Assembly: GCA_958352145.1 (NCBI GenBank)
Contig: CATWNM010000009.1
Span: 3-64,002 of the forward strand
DNA from: an uncultured Eubacteriales bacterium
GTDB taxonomy: Bacteria > Bacillota > Clostridia > Oscillospirales > CAG-272
Direction: 5' to 3'
Length of the DNA: 64,000 bases
Both the position numbers and the translations under genes were made by a program. The stretch's first letter is position 1. Each line of letters begins with the position of its first letter. The notes under the pieces were generated by a model that worked only from the letters and a program-made list of their open reading frames with translations, was not told the origin of the DNA and did no database searches. Below, piece by piece: positions 47,148-56,789 of the stretch.

Positions 47148-48945
47148 TTTTTGTATCCTCCTTTATGTTTTTTGAATACACAATTTCTGCCGTTGTTCCA
47201 ACACCCGGCCGGCTCTCAAAACTAAGCCGGCACCCTGCATACCGGCGCAGCCTCTGCCGTATGTTGGTGATCCCGACGCCCTCGTGAAGTTCTTCAAATC
47301 CAACGCCGTCGTCCATTACCGTTACAAAAAAGCTGCCGTTCTTTTCCCGGACTTTTATCGTGATATTGCCTTCTCCCTTCGGGAACACGCCGTGCCGAAT
47401 CGCATTTTCCACAAGCGGCTCAAGCGTCAGCGCCGGCACTTCAAAATCTACGGTTTCAATATCATATTCCACATGCAGCGCACCGTTCATACGAACACTG
47501 GAAATCCGCGCATAAGCCTCGACCGCCTCAAGCTCCTTGGGAAATGGGACGATGCCGCCTTTGGCGTTCACCGCTTCCACATGCGAACGAATATATTTGA
47601 CAAAATCATCCGTGAGGCGGTAAGCCGCGTCCGTATCCATTTTAATCAATCCACGAATCATATTCATGGTATTGTAAAAGAAATGCGAACTGATCTGCGT
47701 CAAAAAAAGCTCGCTCTCCAAAAGGGATTTCTGCGATTCAACTACCGCGGTCTTTTGCTCCAGCACAAGCAGCCGCCCAATGTCCATCATAATATAAACA
47801 GCCATGCACAGAACAAACGCCAGCATACCGTATTGAAACAAATACGAGACCGGAAACAGCGTGCGACTGCAATAGACAATCAGACTGACGGCACAAAAGA
47901 TAAACAGGATCAGCATGCCGGAAAAATAAAACGCATTGCGTTCCATGCCGCCAAAAATCAGCTTGACCAACATATATCCCAATACGACCGCCACAAGCAG
48001 GCAAAAAAACGGAACCGCGGCGCTGAGTTCAATTTTTCCCCAAAAGTACAGCAGATACGAAAATACAGCGGCAACTACATCCACCGCGCTGAAAAACGGC
48101 GCAAAGCGAGAAGTATGCGAACCGCAATTATGAATAAACAACATGGCCACGCCGGGCAAAAGCATGAAACTGACGCATTGGAGCGTATAATAAAGAATGC
48201 CGTTTTGAATGAATAGGAGAAAAAGCCCACTGTCCGTACCGATCCAAACCGCTGCAAGCAGAACCGTCAAAGCCAGCCAGATGTGCACGCGCCGCACGGG
48301 ACGGATACGCATCAGCAGATGCGTAACGCTCAGCGCGATTTGAAAGGCCGCAAAAACAGCCAATATACCGCAAATAATCGCCGTATCCATCTGCTGCGAA
48401 AGAATATGCGCATAGATCTCACCCGCACTGCCAAGCGACATGTACTGAATGGGATAGACGCCGTCGTCAGCCGCCTCAAACCGAACGGTAATACGATCTC
48501 CGGCCGCAAGATGCGGCAGTGCAACCGTAAAAAAACGCATAGCGTACGGCATCCCGAAATTTACATTTTCCGCAGAATCCGTATATGTATACACAAGCGA
48601 ATCATTGCAGAACACAAAAACAGAAGAAACGCCAGCCCGAAAGCCAAGCATTTCCCCCGGCTCCGCATCTTTTGTCACTGTTTTTGTAATCTGCGCGCAA
48701 GAATCGGAAACCCAAAGCTTCATATGCGCTCTTTTTCCGGCAACAGTCTCGACCTCAAGACCGCTTTCTTCATATATCCAGCCGCCGGCAAAAGAAGGCG
48801 CCTCAAGATCGACCACAGACGCAAAGGACTTGTCCACACCGTCATTCAGAATCCCGACTGAGAGAAAATACAGCCACAGCAGTATGCCAAGCGCCGCACA
48901 TACAATTGCAGCGCCCGCATATCCTGGAAGCCTTTTCGTTTGCAT
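47113..48945 (-). CDS. Sensor histidine kinase, LytS/YehU type (His_kinase + HATPase_c) with a periplasmic domain and 7-TM block
   Basis: 610 aa with an N-terminal extracytoplasmic ~170 aa, ~7 TM segments, the QISSHFFYNTMN H-box and GHKL motifs (ENAIRHG, DDGVGF). It overlaps the RR gene by 35 nt. Confidence 0.85.
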   Translation of the reverse strand: MQTKRLPGYAGAAIVCAALGILLWLYFLSVGILNDGVDKSFASVVDLEAPSFAGGWIYEESGLEVETVAGKRAHMKLWVSDSCAQITKTVTKDAEPGEMLGFRAGVSSVFVFCNDSLVYTYTDSAENVNFGMPYAMRFFTVALPHLAAGDRITVRFEAADDGVYPIQYMSLGSAGEIYAHILSQQMDTAIICGILAVFAAFQIALSVTHLLMRIRPVRRVHIWLALTVLLAAVWIGTDSGLFLLFIQNGILYYTLQCVSFMLLPGVAMLFIHNCGSHTSRFAPFFSAVDVVAAVFSYLLYFWGKIELSAAVPFFCLLVAVVLGYMLVKLIFGGMERNAFYFSGMLILFIFCAVSLIVYCSRTLFPVSYLFQYGMLAFVLCMAVYIMMDIGRLLVLEQKTAVVESQKSLLESELFLTQISSHFFYNTMNMIRGLIKMDTDAAYRLTDDFVKYIRSHVEAVNAKGGIVPFPKELEAVEAYARISSVRMNGALHVEYDIETVDFEVPALTLEPLVENAIRHGVFPKGEGNITIKVREKNGSFFVTVMDDGVGFEELHEGVGITNIRQRLRRYAGCRLSFESRPGVGTTAEIVYSKNIKEDTKNEDDVGGRQLN

Positions 48946-48989
48946 GCCGACCTCCTAACACATTTTTGATCGTTATTTGTACTGGATGT

Positions 48990-49018
48990 ATTGTACCGCA
49001 AAAAAATGGTTTCGTCAA
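48990..49018 (-). promoter_or_regulatory. Sigma-A type promoter for the kinase-regulator operon
   Basis: Minus strand reads TTGACG-17 nt-TACAAT, ~45 nt upstream of ATG 48945. Confidence 0.55.
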
Positions 49019-49089
49019 CCCTATTTTCTAAATTTTCCATATTTTTCCTATTAATTTTTTTGGAATATTTTATAAAATTCTATATACGC

Positions 49090-49118
49090 TTGCGAAATGT
49101 CAGATTATGTGGTAAACT
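49090..49118 (+). promoter_or_regulatory. Sigma-A type promoter for the 49239-51302 membrane gene cluster
   Basis: TTGCGA-17 nt-TAAACT with an extended -10 (TGgTAAACT). This leaves a ~115-nt leader. Confidence 0.5.
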
Positions 49119-49238
49119 ATACTATACGTACGCAGAAATGCAGTTGCGGATCTTCTGAATACGGCGGCAAAAATGCGCCGCCGGATCACGCGGCCGTAAG
49201 CTAAACGGAGGGGGCACCTAAGCCCGCAAACACACGCT

Positions 49239-50012
49239 ATGAATAAATTCTTAATCCTTGCCTTTCTGTTTGCCGCAGGGTGCCTGCTCGGGTGGTGCAT
49301 AGAAGTCCTGTTCCGCCGTTTTTCGCCGCAGAATAAAACGCGGCAGTGGATCAACCCCGGATTCCTGACCGGCCCTTATCTGCCGCTCTACGGTTTTGGA
49401 CTCTGCGCGCTGTATCTGCTCGCCACGCTTGAAACGTTTATTCCCGTTGAAAACGCAGCCCTGCGCAAGCTCCTTCTATTTGCCGTCATGGCGGCTGCCA
49501 TGACCCTGCTGGAATATATTGCAGGACTGATCTTCATCAAACGGCTGCATATTCAGCTATGGGATTATTCGGGCATGTGGCTGAATCTTGACGGCATCAT
49601 TTGCCCGCTGTTTTCCCTTTGCTGGGCGCTGCTCGGCGCAGCTTATTACTTTTTGATTCATCCTTATATCTTGGACGCGCTGATATGGTTTTCTGAAAAC
49701 TTGGCATTTTCTTTTTTTATCGGCATGTTTTACGGCGTATTTTGTATCGACCTGTGTTATTCTTTCCGCCTGATTTCCCGAATCAAAAAATTTGCCGAAG
49801 AAAACAAGCTGCTGTTTCGGTATGACGAATTCAAGACGCACGTGCGTCAAAAAACCATTGAGCAAAAACAGCGGTACAAATTCATTTTCGCACTCGGAGA
49901 GCATGCGCATCTTTCGGAAAATTTACGCAGCTTTCTGGAGAAGCAACGCGAAAACAACCGGCTTACAGGGTTGAAAGAAAAAATAAACCAACGAAAAAAT
50001 TCCCGGTTCTGA
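49239..50012 (+). CDS. Membrane protein of the 'putative ABC-transporter type IV' (CmpB-like) family
   Basis: The N-terminal pattern GW.IEV......K....INPGFLTGPYLPLYGFG is characteristic of this family. 257 aa, multi-TM. Confidence 0.6.
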   Translation: MNKFLILAFLFAAGCLLGWCIEVLFRRFSPQNKTRQWINPGFLTGPYLPLYGFGLCALYLLATLETFIPVENAALRKLLLFAVMAAAMTLLEYIAGLIFIKRLHIQLWDYSGMWLNLDGIICPLFSLCWALLGAAYYFLIHPYILDALIWFSENLAFSFFIGMFYGVFCIDLCYSFRLISRIKKFAEENKLLFRYDEFKTHVRQKTIEQKQRYKFIFALGEHAHLSENLRSFLEKQRENNRLTGLKEKINQRKNSRF

Positions 50013-50040
50013 AACAAGAAAGCGAGAAACATACAAAGCT

Positions 50041-50583
50041 ATGGAAATGCTGTGGAGTATTTTTTATGTGATCTTTTTAGGGATCGTTTCGCATTTCTGG
50101 GGGCAAGCGCTCCCGCGCGAGCGGTTTTTGGAAGATCAATTTCCCTGGCGCGCATTTGCTTGGGAAAAAGAGGGCGGCATTTACCGGCGGGTAGGCGTTC
50201 ACAAGTGGCGCGAAAAGCTCCCGGATATGAGCCGCTATCTCAGCGATATGGTACCAAAACGCTTTTCCACACACATGACGCTAGATGAAGTGCAGATCTT
50301 GATCAAAGAGACTTGTGTAGCCGAATATGTACATATTTGGCTCTGCATTGCTTTTTTAGGCGTGCTTTGGATTTGGAAAAACTCAACCGGAGTATGGCTA
50401 TGGCTGATCTATACCGCCTGCAATATTCCGTATATCATTATTCAGCGCTACAACCGCCCACTGCTGTGCAGGGTGCGTCAGCGGCTGATTTTGCGAAATA
50501 CAAGATGCTCCTCTGCCAATACGCTGTGCGCGCACGGCGATACAGAACATCGCGCGGCAGAGGAAAACGGAGGCAACTTATGA
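50041..50583 (+). CDS. CrtO-like membrane acyltransferase (glycosyl-4,4'-diaponeurosporenoate acyltransferase family)
   Basis: Motifs WEKEGGIY..VGVHKWREKL, IKETCVAEYVHIW and NIPYIIIQRYNRP parallel S. aureus CrtO as I recall it. Confidence 0.6.
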   Translation: MEMLWSIFYVIFLGIVSHFWGQALPRERFLEDQFPWRAFAWEKEGGIYRRVGVHKWREKLPDMSRYLSDMVPKRFSTHMTLDEVQILIKETCVAEYVHIWLCIAFLGVLWIWKNSTGVWLWLIYTACNIPYIIIQRYNRPLLCRVRQRLILRNTRCSSANTLCAHGDTEHRAAEENGGNL

Positions 50584-51302
50584 TCGATTACCGTGGATTC
50601 CGCTTTTCAAAGCTGAATACGCCGGAATTTTCTCATTTGAAATTATTGCTTTACTGGATCGTTTACGGCGCGGCCTTTTTCTTTGTGGAACGGGTAAGCG
50701 TGAATCGAGACTGGAACTATATGTACTGCGCGCTGGACGACTTGATTCCATTTTGCGAGTGGTTCGTCATTCCCTACCTGTTCTGGTTTGTTTATCTAAT
50801 CGGCATGCTTTTATATACGCTGCTTTACGACGTGCCCTCTTTCAAACGCATGATGTGGTTTATCATCTGTACATATACGCTGACGATCGTCTTTTATTTG
50901 ATTTATCCCACCGCGCAGGGGCTGCGGCCGGAAACGTTTGACAGAGATAATATCTTTACCCGTTTTCTGTCTTGGTTTTATACTTTTGATACAAATACCA
51001 ATGTAAATCCCTCGATTCATGTAATCGGTTCAATGGCGGTGCTGTTTACCGCGTGGAATACGGAGCGTTTTCGGACGCGGGGATGGCGCGCTGCGTTTAC
51101 CGTCACTGCGTTTTTAATCTGCATCTCAACCGTTCTCATCAAGCAGCATTCAATCATAGACATTATCAGCGCACTGCTGCTCTGTCTTATCTTTTATCCG
51201 ATCATATTCAAAAGCCGCTTGGCGGAAAAAAATCGTTCTCCAAAATTCAAACCGCAATTGGAACATAAAAAAGAACAAAAGACGCCGGAAAACATACGCT
51301 GA
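50580..51302 (+). CDS. PAP2-superfamily membrane phosphatase / phosphotransferase
   Basis: ATG 50580 forms an ATGA overlap with the upstream stop, after a GGAGG RBS. PAP2-like motifs PSIHV and KQHSIIDI, 6 TM segments. Confidence 0.65.
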   Translation: MIDYRGFRFSKLNTPEFSHLKLLLYWIVYGAAFFFVERVSVNRDWNYMYCALDDLIPFCEWFVIPYLFWFVYLIGMLLYTLLYDVPSFKRMMWFIICTYTLTIVFYLIYPTAQGLRPETFDRDNIFTRFLSWFYTFDTNTNVNPSIHVIGSMAVLFTAWNTERFRTRGWRAAFTVTAFLICISTVLIKQHSIIDIISALLLCLIFYPIIFKSRLAEKNRSPKFKPQLEHKKEQKTPENIR

Positions 51303-51381
51303 CCAAGCGTCTCGGCGCCAAATTCCGTCAAAGAGCGGAATGAAGCAAATCATACAGAATACTAAGGAAGGAAGTTATCCT

Positions 51382-52650
51382 ATGCGTATCGACACCAAAT
51401 GCCTGCAGGCAGGATATACGCCGAAATCCGGCGACCCCCGCGTGCTGCCGATCTATCAAAGCACAACGTATAAATACGACTCCTCAAAAGCGCTGGGCGA
51501 ATTGTTTGATTTACAGCGCGAAGGGCACATGTACACGCGGATTTCCAATCCAACCGTCGCCGCCGTAGAAGAAAAACTCTCGGCGCTGGAAGGCGGCGTC
51601 GGCGCGCTCTGCACCTCGTCCGGACAAGCGGCCAGTTTCATTGCGATCGCCAATATCGCCTCAGCCGGCGACAATTTTGTGAGCCTATCCTCGATTTACG
51701 GCGGCACCGTCAATCTTTTCGCTGTGACCATGAAGCGCTTCGGGATCGAGGTGCGTTTCGCTACGCCCGAAATGACCGACGCAGAAATTGAAGCGCTCTT
51801 CGACGCGCGCACACGCGCCCTCTTTGGCGAAACGATCGCCAATCCCGCGCTGCGTGTGTTGGATATCGAGCGCTTTGCCGGCCTTGCGCACAAAATGGGC
51901 GTTCCGCTGATCGTGGACAATACCTTCGCAACCCCCGTTCTCTGCTGTCCGTTTGAGTTCGGCGCAGATATCATCATTCATTCCACGACAAAGTACCTCG
52001 ACGGCCATGCACAGGTCGTCGGCGGCGCGATTGTGGACAGCGGGCGTTTTGACTGGGAAAAGGACAGCCGGTATCCCGAATTGTCCACGCCGGATGATTC
52101 TTATCACGGCGTCGTCTATACGAAACAGTTCGGCCGGGCGGCTTACATTACCAAAGCACGAGTACAACTTATGCGAGATCTTGGCGCCGCACCCGCGCCG
52201 CTCGCCGCTTATATTCTGAATCTCGGCATGGAAACGCTCGCTCTGCGCATGGAGCGCCACTGCTCAAACGCCCTGACCGTCGCGAAAATGCTTCGGCAGC
52301 ATCCCGCCGTCTCTTTTGTAAACTATCCTGCGCTCGACGGAGACAGCGAATATGCGCTCGCGCAAAAATATCTGCCGAAAGGAACCTCCGGCGTGATCGC
52401 GTTCGGCCTTCACGGCGGCCGGGCGGCAGCAGCAAAATTCATGGATTCCCTGAAGCTTGCCGCGATCGTCGTGCACGTAGCGGACGCGCGTACCTGCGTT
52501 TTGCACCCTGCTAGCACCACCCACCGCCAACTGACCGACGAACAACTCCGGGACGCAGGCGTTCTGCCTGAACTCGTACGCCTTTCGGTCGGCATTGAAA
52601 ATCCGGAGGATATTTTAGAGGACATCCAAAACGCACTCGCAACGCTCTGA
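51382..52650 (+). CDS. metY: O-acetylhomoserine sulfhydrylase (aminocarboxypropyltransferase)
   Basis: ATG 51382 follows AAGGAAGGAAG. It has the Cys/Met-metabolism PLP-enzyme motifs, including HSTTKYLDGH (PLP lysine). Confidence 0.85.
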   Translation: MRIDTKCLQAGYTPKSGDPRVLPIYQSTTYKYDSSKALGELFDLQREGHMYTRISNPTVAAVEEKLSALEGGVGALCTSSGQAASFIAIANIASAGDNFVSLSSIYGGTVNLFAVTMKRFGIEVRFATPEMTDAEIEALFDARTRALFGETIANPALRVLDIERFAGLAHKMGVPLIVDNTFATPVLCCPFEFGADIIIHSTTKYLDGHAQVVGGAIVDSGRFDWEKDSRYPELSTPDDSYHGVVYTKQFGRAAYITKARVQLMRDLGAAPAPLAAYILNLGMETLALRMERHCSNALTVAKMLRQHPAVSFVNYPALDGDSEYALAQKYLPKGTSGVIAFGLHGGRAAAAKFMDSLKLAAIVVHVADARTCVLHPASTTHRQLTDEQLRDAGVLPELVRLSVGIENPEDILEDIQNALATL

Positions 52651-52665
52651 GCGCAGGAGGTACTT

Positions 52666-53619
52666 ATGCCAATCAAAATACCGAATCTGCTTCCGGCCAC
52701 TGGAACGCTCGAGAGCGAAAACATTTTTGTTATCACGGAAACGCGGGCCGTCACGCAGGATATCCGTCCGCTTCGGCTGCTGATCCTGAATCTGATGCCG
52801 ACGAAGATCACGACCGAAACGCAGCTTGCGCGCCTGCTCGGCAATACGCCGCTGCAAGTCGAAATGGAACTGTGCAAAACCTCCACGCACAAATCCAAAA
52901 ATACTTCCGAAGAACATATGCTCGCCTTTTACAGGACTTTTGACGAAATCCGGGACAACCGCTACGACGGCATGGTCATTACCGGCGCGCCGGTGGAGCG
53001 GATGCCGTTTGAAGACGTGGAATATTGGGCCGAACTGTGCGAAATCATGGAATGGAGCAAAACCCATGTGACCAGTACCCTGCACATCTGCTGGGGCGCG
53101 CAGGCCGGACTGTACTATCACTACGGCATCCAAAAACGGCCGTTGGATAAAAAAATGTTCGGCGTGTTCCGGCACCATGTGGAATATAAGCGTTCAATTC
53201 TTTTCCGTGGATTTGACGACGTGTTTTTTGTTCCTCACTCCCGTCACACAGCGGTAGACCGCGCCGATATCGAAGCCTGCAGCGCGCTGCGGATCCTTGC
53301 TTCATCGGAAGAAGCGGGCGTATACGCAGTTATCGCCGGACATGGCCGGCAAATTTTCATTATGGGCCACTCAGAATACGATGCGGATACGCTGAAGCTG
53401 GAATATCTGCGTGACAAAAGCGCTGGCCTGCCGATCGAAGTCCCAAAAAACTATTTCCCAAACGATGACGACACAAAAGAACCGCCGGTCACCTGGCGTT
53501 CCGCAGCCAACCTGCTCTATTCCAATTGGCTGAACTACTTCGTCTATCAATCCACGCCTTACGATATCAAAAATGTCGGTACGCCCGAAAAAAACGGCTG
53601 CGCTTCGCATGAAGCATGA
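52666..53619 (+). CDS. metA: Homoserine O-acyltransferase (MetA family)
   Basis: [11 protein letters not shown]...[17 protein letters not shown] is the canonical MetA N-terminus, and a catalytic Cys lies in the HICWGAQA context. Confidence 0.9.
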   Translation: MPIKIPNLLPATGTLESENIFVITETRAVTQDIRPLRLLILNLMPTKITTETQLARLLGNTPLQVEMELCKTSTHKSKNTSEEHMLAFYRTFDEIRDNRYDGMVITGAPVERMPFEDVEYWAELCEIMEWSKTHVTSTLHICWGAQAGLYYHYGIQKRPLDKKMFGVFRHHVEYKRSILFRGFDDVFFVPHSRHTAVDRADIEACSALRILASSEEAGVYAVIAGHGRQIFIMGHSEYDADTLKLEYLRDKSAGLPIEVPKNYFPNDDDTKEPPVTWRSAANLLYSNWLNYFVYQSTPYDIKNVGTPEKNGCASHEA

Positions 53620-53775
53620 CGCCGCTTTCCGCCGCGCCAATACGAAAAAATTCTGCGCTGCACGGAGATACGTTTCGTAAGGAAGCTGACACCCGCTGAA
53701 ATGCACTTGCTTTTCGGCGGGTACTGCTTTATAAAGAGTTAATCAACCAATAGACAGTCCGAAAAGGAGAGCAAT

Positions 53776-54540
53776 ATGTTAAGTAAAAATGACTTCCCGG
53801 TGCTGGAATTTGATGATAACCCAACAGCAAAATTAAATCCGATAAATCTTGCGTATGGGAAATTTGAGACAAACAAAATGATAATCACATTCTTCCCGGA
53901 AGTTGTGAACAGGCTGGTAACGAACGGACAAATTACCAAGGAGCGGTCGATACCCTGCGAAAATCCTTTGATGATCTACCGCTTTACAGAGCAGCCCGAT
54001 GTGTTGTTGACACTCGGACAGGTTGGCTGTCCTGCTTGTGCGGGGAATCTGGATTTATTTCATGCAATGGGCATTACGAAAGTCATGTTCTGCGGCGGAG
54101 GCGGCGTCCTTGACCGTAACATCGGGGTTGGCCAGATCCTAGTGGTAGAGGGAGCCATCAGAGATGAAGGCTTTTCTTATCAGTACATTGCGCCGTCAAG
54201 GGTAATTCATACAAATCCGGAAGTTACTGATAAAATCAAAACATATCTGAAGCAAAGCGACATTCCATATCTTCGCGGCCTGACTTGGACGACAGACGCT
54301 ATTTTCCGGGAAACAACCGACCGAATCAGCAGTAGAAAAGGGGAAGGCGCGAAAATTGTGGAAATGGAACAGGCCGGGTGCATTGCCGTTGCGCAATTCA
54401 GGAACTTTGCCTATGGCGCGTTGATCTATGGCGGGGATGATCTTTCAGGAGAAGAATGGTCCGGAAGAGGCTGGAATAGCCGCGAGGGGATCCGGCACGA
54501 TTTAGTTATGTTGTGTAAAAAACTGGTCGGGATCATTTGA
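53776..54540 (+). CDS. Nucleoside phosphorylase (PNP_UDP_1 family, uridine-phosphorylase-like)
   Basis: 254 aa. The GGGGVL, VEGAIRDEG and EMEQAG motifs are typical of phosphorylase family 1. Confidence 0.7.
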   Translation: MLSKNDFPVLEFDDNPTAKLNPINLAYGKFETNKMIITFFPEVVNRLVTNGQITKERSIPCENPLMIYRFTEQPDVLLTLGQVGCPACAGNLDLFHAMGITKVMFCGGGGVLDRNIGVGQILVVEGAIRDEGFSYQYIAPSRVIHTNPEVTDKIKTYLKQSDIPYLRGLTWTTDAIFRETTDRISSRKGEGAKIVEMEQAGCIAVAQFRNFAYGALIYGGDDLSGEEWSGRGWNSREGIRHDLVMLCKKLVGII

Positions 54541-54620
54541 ACAGGCTGGACAATTTTAATTTATCGCTCTCCCCCACAGGCGCTTCCCTGAAAGTGTCAT
54601 AGTGGAATACACAGTATAAA

Positions 54621-54657
54621 AAGGGCAAGGCAAACCAAAATGGTCTGCCTTACCCTT
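54621..54657. terminator. Hairpin between convergent genes
   Basis: AAGGGCAAGGCA...TGCCTTACCCTT, one mismatch. Confidence 0.55.
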
Positions 54658-54719
54658 AACTTCTTTATGAGAGGACGTCCTGACAGCGCGGAATTTTTTT
54701 AAGTGAAACGCACGCGCAG

Positions 54720-55460
54720 TTAAAATAGGCACGCAAAAATCAAATACATAACCGGCTGGTGCACAAGATAAATAACGAGTGAACGGCGTCCAAACCACTC
54801 AAGCAACTGACTTTTGCCCCGCTCCAATATGTGCATCCAGCCGTTTTCATTCCACACGCGGCAGAAAAAATAGCCGGCGATATACAGAAACAGCCAAGGA
54901 AACAGAGAAAAATAATCCGAGGAATAAAAGCCATTCGGCGGGAATCCCAAGTATGCCGTCAGCAAATTTCGATATAACGCGCCGGGCAGCTTGTACAGAT
55001 TTAAATTTTCAAACCCCAAATACCCCCGATTTATATTTCTTGTCAGCGCAAACAGCAAAAGGCTGGCCAAAAAACCGATTTCGGCAAGACATTTCTTCAA
55101 AACAGGCTCAAGCAAAAACACAAGCAGCATACAGGAACCAAGCAATGTCAGCACGCCGCACAAAATCCGGTTCTGCGGTACAAAAACAACTGTGGCAAAC
55201 GATACCAAAATGCCTGCAAGGAAAACCTGTATGCCTCTTTTTAAATTTTTTCTTCCCAAAGGCTGGCAAAAACCGGACAGAAAAATGAATGTCCAGCAAA
55301 TATACTGCTGCCATATATAGGCAGCCTCCGACCGGTACCACTGCCAACGAAAATCCAATACATATACAAAATCCCATACTGCGTGGTAAACGATCATATT
55401 GAGAAGCGCAAATCCCCGTATGCCGTCTAAAACGGCATATCGTTTTTCGGTCATATTCAC
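54720..55460 (-). CDS. DUF1624 / heparan-alpha-glucosaminide N-acetyltransferase-like membrane protein
   Basis: The N-terminus RYAVLDGIRGFALLNMIVYHAVWD is typical of this family. 246 aa, multi-TM. Confidence 0.7.
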   Translation of the reverse strand: MNMTEKRYAVLDGIRGFALLNMIVYHAVWDFVYVLDFRWQWYRSEAAYIWQQYICWTFIFLSGFCQPLGRKNLKRGIQVFLAGILVSFATVVFVPQNRILCGVLTLLGSCMLLVFLLEPVLKKCLAEIGFLASLLLFALTRNINRGYLGFENLNLYKLPGALYRNLLTAYLGFPPNGFYSSDYFSLFPWLFLYIAGYFFCRVWNENGWMHILERGKSQLLEWFGRRSLVIYLVHQPVMYLIFACLF

Positions 55461-55532
55461 TTTTCTCCGTACAATTTTTTTACAATAGCTTTTTCTAAAT
55501 TATAGCTTTCAGAATTGAAAATGTCAAGCACG

Positions 55533-55578
55533 CAAAGCGGCGCTCTGCGGTTCATGTGAGCCGCAGAACGCCGCTTTG
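55533..55578. terminator. Long hairpin downstream of purH
   Basis: 18-bp stem CAAAGCGGCGCTCTGCGG / CCGCAGAACGCCGCTTTG, one mismatch. The U tract is better on the plus strand. Confidence 0.5.
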
Positions 55579-55594
55579 GTTTTATAATCAATGT

Positions 55595-56779
55595 TTAATG
55601 ATGAAACAGTCGCATACCGGTAAACGCCATGGCAATGCCGTATTTATTGCAGCAATCGATCACGACGTCGTCACGGATAGACCCACCGGGTTCGGCAATA
55701 TAGGAAACGCCGCTTTTTCTTGCACGCTCAATGTTATCGTCAAACGGGAAAAACGCATCCGAGCCGACGCTGACACCGCTGACTGCAGACAAATATGCCT
55801 CGGTTTCCTCCTTTGTCAGCGGTTCCGGGCGCCGGGTAAAGTATTTCTGCCAAATTCCCTCAGCGCATACGTCCTCTTCATTTTTATTGATGTAGCCGTC
55901 GATCACATTATCGCGGTCAGGACGGCCAAGCTCGGGTTTGAACGGAAGCTCCAGCACCTTTTGATATTGCCGAAGCTGCCAGGTATCCGCTTTCGTCCCT
56001 GCAAGCCGAGTGCAGTGGATGCGGGACTGCTGCCCTGCGCCGACGCCGATCGCCTGTCCGCCGACAGCATAGCAGACCGAGTTTGACTGCGTGTATTTCA
56101 GCGTAATCAGCGCAATGATCAAATCGCGTTTCGCCTCTGCGGGAATATATTTATTTTCGGTCACGACATTGGAAAGCAGAGATTCGTCTATTTTAAAATT
56201 GTTTCTTCCCTGCTCAAAAGTCACGCCGAAGACCTGTTTTTGTTCCTGCTCTTCGGGGACGTAATTTTCGTCGATCCGCACGATATTGTACTTTCCGCCC
56301 CGTTTGCTTTTCAGAATCTCCAGAGCTTCTTCCGTATATCCGGGCGCGATAACGCCGTCCGATACCTCTCGTTTAATCAGCTTTGCGGTAACCGTGTCGC
56401 ACACGTCCGAAAGCGCAATCCAGTCTCCGAACGAACACATACGGTCCGTCCCGCGCGCCCGGGCATAGGCGCAGGCAAGCAAAGACGAATCAAGATCCTC
56501 AATATCGTCCACGAAACAGGCGCGTTTCAGCGGTTCCGGCAGCACAAGTCCAACCGCCGCCGAGGTGGGGCTGACATGTTTGAACGAAGTCGCCGCGGGC
56601 ATGCCGAGCGCCGCTTTCAATTCTCGGACAAGCTGCCACGCGTTGAATGCGTCGAGAAAGTTGATATAGCCAGGCTTGCCGCAGAGGATTTCAATCGGCA
56701 GATCGCCGCCGTCCCGCATGAAAATCTTCGCCGGCTTCTGATTGGGATTACAGCCATATTTCAGTTCAAACTCTTTCAT
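55595..56779 (-). CDS. purH: AICAR formyltransferase (PurH transformylase domain only)
   Basis: ATG 56779 follows an AGGAGAG RBS. MKEFELKYGCNPNQ and the C-terminal ...GSIRD..VI...N..GIAM.FTG.R.F.H are typical of the AICARFT domain. No MGS-like cyclohydrolase domain is present. Confidence 0.85.
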   Translation of the reverse strand: MKEFELKYGCNPNQKPAKIFMRDGGDLPIEILCGKPGYINFLDAFNAWQLVRELKAALGMPAATSFKHVSPTSAAVGLVLPEPLKRACFVDDIEDLDSSLLACAYARARGTDRMCSFGDWIALSDVCDTVTAKLIKREVSDGVIAPGYTEEALEILKSKRGGKYNIVRIDENYVPEEQEQKQVFGVTFEQGRNNFKIDESLLSNVVTENKYIPAEAKRDLIIALITLKYTQSNSVCYAVGGQAIGVGAGQQSRIHCTRLAGTKADTWQLRQYQKVLELPFKPELGRPDRDNVIDGYINKNEEDVCAEGIWQKYFTRRPEPLTKEETEAYLSAVSGVSVGSDAFFPFDDNIERARKSGVSYIAEPGGSIRDDVVIDCCNKYGIAMAFTGMRLFHH

Positions 56780-56789
56780 TTTTCTCTCC

